From Candidatus Latescibacterota bacterium (GTDB lineage Bacteria; Latescibacterota; UBA2968; UBA8231): DNA of 64,000 nucleotides. Under the pieces are notes generated by a model that was given only the letters and a program-made list of their open reading frames with translations, was not told where the DNA came from and searched no databases. Every line of letters starts with the position of its first letter. The first letter of the stretch is position 1. Location: assembly GCA_965221775.1 (NCBI GenBank), contig CBDCSU010000006.1, positions 800,001-864,000 on the forward strand, written 5' to 3'. This document shows, piece by piece, positions 57,198 through 64,000 of the stretch. The position numbers were made by a program, and so were the translations under genes.

Positions 57198-58377
57198 ATC
57201 CTCCGTCCCGCTGTCGGCGCGCATGGAGGCGGTGCAGGCGCCCGTCATCCCCGACGTGGCCGCCCTCATCCGCGACAATCCGGGGACGATCTCCCTCGGG
57301 CAGGGGGTCGTTCACTACGGACCGCCCCCCGAGGCTTTCGAGGCGGTGGCCGCCTTCGGCGGCGAGGCGGCGGAGCACCACTACCGCGACGCCGCCGGGA
57401 TCCCCGAGCTGCACGAGGGTCTGCGCCTCAAGCTGTCCGCCGAGAACGGCATCGACGTCGACGACGCCGAGCAGGTGCTGTTCGTCACCGCCGGCAGCAA
57501 CATGGCCTTCTACCACATGGTGCTGTGCGCCTGCGACCCGGGCGACGAGGTGGTGGTCATGTCGCCGTTCTACTTCAACCACGAGATGGCCATCGCCATG
57601 GCCAACTGCCGCACCGTGGAGGTGCCCACGGACGAGCGCTACGGCCTCCGCGTCGACGCCGTGGAGGCCGCCGTCACCGGCCGCACGCGCATGGTGGTCA
57701 CCATCTCGCCGAACAACCCCGCCGGGGTGGTCTACGACCCGGGGGCGGTGGCCGCGGTCAACGATCTGTGCCGGCGCCGCGGCATCTACCACGTCAGCGA
57801 CGAGGCCTACGAGTACTTCACCTACGGCGCCCGCCACCTGTCGCCGGGCTCGCTCCCCGGCAGCGCCGGCCACACGCTGTCCCTGTTCTCGTTCTCCAAG
57901 TCGTACGGACTGGCCAACTGGCGCGTCGGCTACGCCGTGGCCCCGCGGCGGCTGATCCGGGGCCTGCAGAAGAGCCAGGACACCATCCTGATCTGCCCCC
58001 CCGTGGTCTCGCAGCTGGCGGCGGCGGGGGCCCTGCGCGCCGGACCGGCCTACTTCCGCGGTTACGTCGACGGTCTCGACCGGGTGCGCGCCATGTGCCT
58101 GGAGCGGCTGGGAGAGCTGGGCCCCCGGTGCGTGGTGCCCGAGGCCAACGGCGCCTTCTACCTGCTGGCGCGCCTGCAGACGCGGCGGCCGTCGATGCGC
58201 GTCGTCGAGCGGCTGGTGCGCGAGCACGGCGTCGCCGTCATCCCCGGGAGCGGCTTCGGACTGACCGACTCCTGCCACATCCGCATCGCTTACGGGGCCC
58301 TGGAGCCGCACACCGTCGAGGAGGGGATGGACCGCCTGGTCCGCGGCCTCGACCTCATCCTGCAGGACGGCGGCTGA
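57190..58377 (+). CDS. Class I/II PLP-dependent aminotransferase
   Basis: SLGQG, TAGSNMAF, SPNNP, SDEAYE, SFSKSYGLANWRVGY, PGSGFG. Confidence 0.92.
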   Translation: MAESSVPLSARMEAVQAPVIPDVAALIRDNPGTISLGQGVVHYGPPPEAFEAVAAFGGEAAEHHYRDAAGIPELHEGLRLKLSAENGIDVDDAEQVLFVTAGSNMAFYHMVLCACDPGDEVVVMSPFYFNHEMAIAMANCRTVEVPTDERYGLRVDAVEAAVTGRTRMVVTISPNNPAGVVYDPGAVAAVNDLCRRRGIYHVSDEAYEYFTYGARHLSPGSLPGSAGHTLSLFSFSKSYGLANWRVGYAVAPRRLIRGLQKSQDTILICPPVVSQLAAAGALRAGPAYFRGYVDGLDRVRAMCLERLGELGPRCVVPEANGAFYLLARLQTRRPSMRVVERLVREHGVAVIPGSGFGLTDSCHIRIAYGALEPHTVEEGMDRLVRGLDLILQDGG

Positions 58378-58393
58378 GGAGGCCCCCCCCCGC

Positions 58394-58422
58394 TTGACTT
58401 CCCCAGCCTCCGCCTCTACCTT
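58394..58422 (+). promoter_or_regulatory. Sigma70-type promoter
   Basis: TTGACT-N17-TACCTT; predicted +1 at about 58429. Confidence 0.65.
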
Positions 58423-58428
58423 GCGGGC

Positions 58429-58548
58429 AAAGAGTGACCTGAACCCACATCACAGTTTGCCCCGCTGGAAGTTTTCCACTCTTCTTGAATGTGGAACTTC
58501 GACAACGTTTCTTCCGGCATTCTGGTGGGTTGGTCGCTCTTTCTTTTT
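58429..58548 (+). ncRNA. Candidate short 6S-like RNA (rod with internal bubble)
   Basis: 5' AAAGAGTGACC-TG-AACCCAC pairs with 3' GTGGGTT-GGTCGCTCTTT; inner CAGtTTGCCcG/CGGCAttCTG; apical GAAGTTttCCAC/GTGGAACTTC; begins at the predicted +1 and ends in a T-rich tract. Confidence 0.55.
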
Positions 58549-58549
58549 G

Positions 58550-61270
58550 ATGCGCGCCGTCCTTCTCCTCGCCGCCGGCGCCCTGTGGCTCCACCCATCG
58601 GGTCTCGCCGCGCAGCCTCTGCAGGTCCAGCCCGACAGCCTCGACTTCGGGGTCCTCAAGGCCGGCCGCACCGGCCGCCTCGAGGTCTCGGTGCGCAACA
58701 CCGGCCCCGACGACCTGGAGATCGATCTGCAGATCGAGGGCGAGGGATTCTCCGTCCCCGCCGATACCCTCCGCCTGCCGTCCGCCGCCACCCGCCTCCT
58801 GGCCGTCGAGTTCAGCGCCGCTGACACCGGAGCCTACGCCGGCGAGCTCTCCCTGCGGACCGGGGAGCTCTTCGGTTCGGAGCAGGCCCGCGTGGGGCTC
58901 GCCGCCTCCGTCGGGGGGCCGCGGCTGCGCCTGCGTCCCGGCCCCGAGGCCGGGATCGACGCCGGCCAGGCCCCGGTGGGGCGGGTCGTGCGCCGCTCCC
59001 TGGAGCTGGAGAACGCCGGCGGGGTGGAGCTGGTCATCGACAGCCTCTCCATCGAGCCCGCCTCCGGGCCGTTCTCGCTCTCGGGCGCTCCGGAGCGGCG
59101 GCTGGCGCCGGGTGCGCGCACGGAGGCCGGCGTGCTCTTCAAGCCGGACGGCGACGGGACCTTCCGGGGCCGGCTGCACGTGCACTCCCCGGACCTGCCC
59201 GCCGCGGCCGTGCCCCTCGCCGGCGAGGGACTGGCCCCGCGGCTGGCCGTCTCCCCCCTGCCCGAGGTGGGGATCGATTTCGAGACTGTCGAGATGGGCG
59301 CGGCCTCCCGCCGCCGCCTCACCCTCATCAACCAGGGACGGGGCGATCTCGACCTGTCCCTGCAACTGGCCGACGAGGCCTTCGAGGTGGGCGGCGATTC
59401 TCCCCTCCGGCTGGGGCCGGGGGCCCGGCGCGACGTCGCCGTCCGCTTCCGGCCGCGCTACGAGGGGCCGGACAGCACCGCCCTCCTGCTGACCAGCAAC
59501 GATCCGCAGCGCCGCCGTCTCGAGGTCCCCCTCACCGGCAGGGGGCAGGTCGGCCCGCCGCACGTGGAGCTCCTCGACCGCTCGCCCATCGACTTCGGCA
59601 GCGTGCCCCTGGGCAAGCCGGCGCGGTTGCCGCTGCTCCTGTGGAACCGGGGCGGCACCCCCTTCCTGGTCCGCCTCGAGCTGGAGGAGGGCAGCGGCCC
59701 CGAGTTCGCCCTGGAGACCGGCACCCTCCTGCTCAACCCGGGGGAGAGCGGCCGCGTCGAGCTGGCCTTCCGCCCCCGGGAGGTCGGCCTCCGCGAGGGC
59801 GTTCTGTCGGTCCACACCGAGGCGGGCCGGCGCCGGATGGTGCTGCAGGGGACGGGCCGCTTCCTGCAGCTCAAACCGACGGCCTTCGACTTCGGCCGGG
59901 TGCCCGTGGGCGAATCGGGCAGCGGCATCATCGAGCTGACCAACAGCGGCAACGCCGACTTCTCCATCAGCCGCATCCACTCCACCGGCGACGACTTCAC
60001 CATCTTCACGCAGGTCTCCCCCGACGGGGGGGAGCACCAGCTGCCCGCCAACGGCCTGGGCACCCTGCCGGTGCGCGTCACCTTCGCGCCCTCGGCGCGC
60101 GGACCCGTGAGCGGCACCCTGCGCCTCGAGGGCTTCTGGGAGGGCGGCGGCGCCAGCCTCGAGGTGCTCCTCAACGGCACCGGTGTGGCCGCCGAGATCG
60201 AGCTGCATCCCTCCGGGGTGCTCGACTTCGGACACGTCGTCATCGGCGAGAGCGACCAGCGGGCGCTGGTGGCGACCAACTCCGGCGACACGGCCCTGGA
60301 GGTGGAGGCCAGCGCCCTCACCGGCGAGGCCCGCGTGGAGCCCGCGGCCTTCTCCCTCGACCCCGGGGAGTCGACGACCCTGAACATCCACTTCTCCCCG
60401 GAGGCCCTGGGGGAGCGGTTCGGCCAGATCCTGCTGATCAGCAACGACGTGCGCGACAAGGCGCAGCCCATCAAGATCCGCGGACGGGGGGCCCTGGGGA
60501 GCGTCGACCTGGCGTCCATCGTCTCGGTGCTGGCCACGGGCAAGTCCGGAGCCAGGCGGCTGGAGGTGCCCTGGAACCCCACGCCCCTGGTGCTGCGCGA
60601 CGGCACCCGGATCGACATGCGGATCGATATACCCGACACCCTTCGGCAGGCCCTCGTAGGGCGCCGCGTCGACGTGGAGTGGGTCCAGCTCGACGCGAAC
60701 TACGACCCCAAGGGCGGACCCCGGCAGGCGCGGGTCCAGATCTACGCCGACAGCGAGGACAGCGTCGGGGTGGAGGACCTCAACCTCCGCCTGAGCGACA
60801 CCGGCATCAAGCGGGTGCGTCTGCGGCTCACCACCCGGAGCCACGCCGGAGGACCGGAGCAGTCGATCTCCCAGGTCCTGGAGTCCGGCGGCTGGAAGTG
60901 GGCCTTCGAGGCCAAGCCCCTGGTCTCCTTCCTCGCCATCCGCCCGGGGCGGGACCGCACCGACGAGGAGGGCCAGCTGGTGAAGGGGAAGACCGAGCGG
61001 CTCATCGGTCTGCCGGGCATCGCCTTCGCGGGCTGGCACAACGCCGAGCACCCCGCCGTATCCGGCGTCCACCTCACGGCCATCGGCAACGTCCTGGAGG
61101 CGCTCTCCACGGACAACTCCATCGCCGTCTCCCTGGGGGTGGCCCTTTCCCTCTACAAGGACCGCTTTCTCTTCGGCTTCGCCTGGGACATCTACGACTC
61201 CCGTCCCAAGGCCCGCCGCGAGGGCACCCGGGACTACATCCTCACCTTCAAGTACTCGGGCCTGTTCTGA
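58550..61270 (+). CDS. Exported multi-Ig-domain protein (choice-of-anchor D / ASPM-SPD-2-Hydin-like repeats) with a putative C-terminal beta-barrel
   Basis: Signal peptide; about 6 repeats beginning xxDFG...NxGxxxL...FxP...SND...LxGxG; amphipathic C-terminal strands ending YSGLF. Confidence 0.82.
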   Translation: MRAVLLLAAGALWLHPSGLAAQPLQVQPDSLDFGVLKAGRTGRLEVSVRNTGPDDLEIDLQIEGEGFSVPADTLRLPSAATRLLAVEFSAADTGAYAGELSLRTGELFGSEQARVGLAASVGGPRLRLRPGPEAGIDAGQAPVGRVVRRSLELENAGGVELVIDSLSIEPASGPFSLSGAPERRLAPGARTEAGVLFKPDGDGTFRGRLHVHSPDLPAAAVPLAGEGLAPRLAVSPLPEVGIDFETVEMGAASRRRLTLINQGRGDLDLSLQLADEAFEVGGDSPLRLGPGARRDVAVRFRPRYEGPDSTALLLTSNDPQRRRLEVPLTGRGQVGPPHVELLDRSPIDFGSVPLGKPARLPLLLWNRGGTPFLVRLELEEGSGPEFALETGTLLLNPGESGRVELAFRPREVGLREGVLSVHTEAGRRRMVLQGTGRFLQLKPTAFDFGRVPVGESGSGIIELTNSGNADFSISRIHSTGDDFTIFTQVSPDGGEHQLPANGLGTLPVRVTFAPSARGPVSGTLRLEGFWEGGGASLEVLLNGTGVAAEIELHPSGVLDFGHVVIGESDQRALVATNSGDTALEVEASALTGEARVEPAAFSLDPGESTTLNIHFSPEALGERFGQILLISNDVRDKAQPIKIRGRGALGSVDLASIVSVLATGKSGARRLEVPWNPTPLVLRDGTRIDMRIDIPDTLRQALVGRRVDVEWVQLDANYDPKGGPRQARVQIYADSEDSVGVEDLNLRLSDTGIKRVRLRLTTRSHAGGPEQSISQVLESGGWKWAFEAKPLVSFLAIRPGRDRTDEEGQLVKGKTERLIGLPGIAFAGWHNAEHPAVSGVHLTAIGNVLEALSTDNSIAVSLGVALSLYKDRFLFGFAWDIYDSRPKARREGTRDYILTFKYSGLF

Positions 61271-61282
61271 TAGAGATCGTCC

Positions 61283-61311
61283 TTGACACCTGCAATGATG
61301 TTCAGTAACAT
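61283..61311 (+). promoter_or_regulatory. Strong sigma70-type promoter with overlapping repeats
   Basis: TTGACA-N17-TAACAT; ATGTTCAG at 61298 and 61318; GCAATG/CATTGC inverted pair. Confidence 0.7.
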
Positions 61312-61317
61312 ATACAC

Positions 61318-61470
61318 ATGTTCAGCATTGCTCTGCACATCGTCATCCAGCCCCGGTTGCGGTTCGTCTCGGTGCCGTCCGCGCCGGTGGACCGCCTCGC
61401 CCGCGCCCTCACGGCAGCCTCCGCGGCCTACCTGGTGGCGCGCATCGGCTCGGAGCTGCTCCCGATCTGA
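61318..61470 (+). CDS. Leaderless small protein, 50 aa (not in the ORF track)
   Basis: ATG sits 7 nt after the -10 box; MFSIALHIVIQPRLRFVSVPSAPVDRLARALTAASAAYLVARIGSELLPI; GC3-rich codons. Confidence 0.55.
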   Translation: MFSIALHIVIQPRLRFVSVPSAPVDRLARALTAASAAYLVARIGSELLPI

Positions 61471-61633
61471 GGCGCCCCCGCCGCACCCGCCGCCACCTTT
61501 GACTTCCGGCGGCCCCCGGTGGCATTATTGTTGTATGGAGGTTGGCGGGGGGTTCGCGTGCGCCCCCGGCTCGGCCTCCGGCCGCTCGCGGCCCCCTCGC
61601 CCCTTTCGGCTCAACCGGGATTCCGCTCGAAAC

Positions 61634-62098
61634 GTGCAGGAGAAGGCCCTCTGTCTGCTGGCGGGTGCGGCGTGCACGGCGCTGCTGGGGGTCCGGTTCT
61701 GGCCCGGAGCGCAGGCCCCGGAGGCCCCGGCGCCGCCGCCGGAGGCCCCGCCCGCCGAGGTTTCCCCCCCCATCCGCCTCGATGGTTTCCAGTTGGCCGT
61801 CCTCAACGGCTGCGGTGCCTCCCTGGTGGCGGCGCGCATGACCGACAAGGCCCGGTCCCTCGGACTCGACGTCATCCACGAGGGCAACGCCTCCAGCTTC
61901 GACTTCGTCGAGTCCGTCGTCATCGACCGCAACGGCGACCTGGAGAAAGCGCGCCACGTCGCCCGCCTCCTCGGGATTCCCGGAGCCATCCAGCAGCTCA
62001 GCGACGACGACTACCGGCTCGAGGCGGTCACCGTCGTCATCGGCCGCGACTACCGGCGCCTGGGGCTGTTCGACTCCTCCTCCGGGCCGTCGAATTGA
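61634..62098 (+). CDS. LytR C-terminal domain-containing membrane protein
   Basis: N-terminal TM; VLNGCG, GNA, VTVVIGRDY; upstream of rsfS. Confidence 0.8.
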   Translation: MQEKALCLLAGAACTALLGVRFWPGAQAPEAPAPPPEAPPAEVSPPIRLDGFQLAVLNGCGASLVAARMTDKARSLGLDVIHEGNASSFDFVESVVIDRNGDLEKARHVARLLGIPGAIQQLSDDDYRLEAVTVVIGRDYRRLGLFDSSSGPSN

Positions 62099-62510
62099 CC
62101 GCCGCCGCCCTCCGGGCCGACCCCCTGCTGGGGCCCATCCTCGAGACCCTGCGCGACAGGAAGGCCCTCGACCTCGTGGTCATCGACCTGCGCGGGATCA
62201 GCGACACCGCCGACTACTTCGTCCTCTGCTCGGGCACCTCCGAGCCCCATATCCGGTCCCTGACCGACGACCTTGTGGAACAGCTGCGCGGACAGGGGCA
62301 GCGGCCGTGGCACGTCGAGGGCCGCCAGGCCCTGCGCTGGGTCCTCGTCGACTTCGTGGACGTGGTCGTCCACATCTTCGGCCGCGAGGCGCGCGAGTTC
62401 TACGCTCTCGAACGCCTGTGGGGCGACGCCCCGGCCACGCGCCTGCCCGACGGCTGGGAGGAGGAGCTGCCGGCGGCCGAGGACGCCCTGGTGACGGAGG
62501 AGGGACGCGG

Positions 62511-62514
<4 letters not shown>
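62095..62514 (+). CDS. rsfS: Ribosome silencing factor
   Basis: KALDLVVIDL, DYFVLCSG, WVLVDFVDVVVHIF, REFYALERLWGDA. Confidence 0.95.
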
Positions 62515-63572
<1,058 letters not shown>

Positions 63573-63574
63573 GG

Positions 63575-64000
63575 ATGGCGCGCGCCGGGACGGTCATCCT
63601 CATCGGCGGCCTGACGATCGCCGCCCTGGCGCACCCGGCCGCCTCGCAGTTCCGCGACGACTTCGACCCCGCCCGCTTCCGCGAGGATCTCATCCTCATC
63701 CAGCCGCGGTTCACGCCGCCGGAGCTGCTGCCGGGCCCGCCCTCCGCGGCCGGCCCCGAGGCGGCTCCCGATTCGCTGGGGACGGCCTGGCGCGTGCAGG
63801 TCATCAGCCTGAGCCGCGAGGAGGGGGCGCGGGAGATCGCCGCCGGCCTCGGAAGCCGCCTGGGGCTGGCCGTCGACGTCGTCCCCCACCGAGGGCTGTA
63901 CTCGGTGGTCGCCGGCCGCTTCGCCGACCGCGCCGGGGCCGACCGCCTGCGCCGGGAGCTGGCCGCCCTGGGCGCGGACTTCTCCCAGGCCTTCGTCGTC
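63575..64000 (+). CDS. Exported SPOR-domain protein (truncated by the window end)
   Basis: Signal peptide; WRVQVISL, YSVVAGRFADRAGADRLRREL, AFVV. Confidence 0.75.
   Translation, partial: MARAGTVILIGGLTIAALAHPAASQFRDDFDPARFREDLILIQPRFTPPELLPGPPSAAGPEAAPDSLGTAWRVQVISLSREEGAREIAAGLGSRLGLAVDVVPHRGLYSVVAGRFADRAGADRLRRELAALGADFSQAFVV

Noticed and set aside
58423-58464. Alternative hairpin GCGGGCAAA...TTTGCCCGC as a riboswitch
   Set aside because: Its 5' arm lies mostly upstream of the predicted +1, so it would not be transcribed from this promoter. No known aptamer consensus was recognised.
61537-61595. GC-rich hairpins upstream of the LytR_C gene as a tRNA or other ncRNA
   Set aside because: There is no cloverleaf, T-loop or CCA end. 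Such hairpins arise readily at this GC content.

Overview
A 64-kb, very GC-rich (roughly 70% by eye) bacterial chromosomal segment. It is probably from an FCB-group lineage such as Latescibacterota and possibly a sponge-type symbiont; this is an inference from gene style, the many TPR/Sel1/NHL/PhyH/toxin-antitoxin genes and the C-terminal 'SW-x-x-[IV]K' tails. The backbone is housekeeping and metabolic: parC/parE, DEAD-box helicase, gltX/glnS, dapL, nadA, xylA, fbp, comEC, class I LysRS, infA, a phosphohexomutase, zapA, trxB, rsfS and mtnA. Small accessory patches are interspersed. No rRNA, tRNA, CRISPR array, transposase or integrase was recognised. The most notable observations are: (1) a small ribbon-helix-helix-like gene translationally coupled to nadA behind a strong promoter and a perfect palindrome, a candidate undescribed NAD regulator; (2) a shared C-terminal 'SW-x-x-[IV]K' motif on two tandem secreted paralogues with framework/hypervariable-loop organisation and on an ECF anti-sigma factor, a candidate sorting signal; (3) an unannotated ~120-nt promoter-driven rod-shaped RNA resembling a short 6S RNA; (4) a promoter-bearing mini-cassette lying between two copies of a host gene's 3' end; (5) two VapBC loci whose toxins have lost their N-terminal catalytic portion; (6) a leaderless 50-aa small protein with an operator-like promoter; and (7) a sigma54 promoter architecture driving a small ORF and a lytic transglycosylase. 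All calls come from reading the sequence; no database searches were run.
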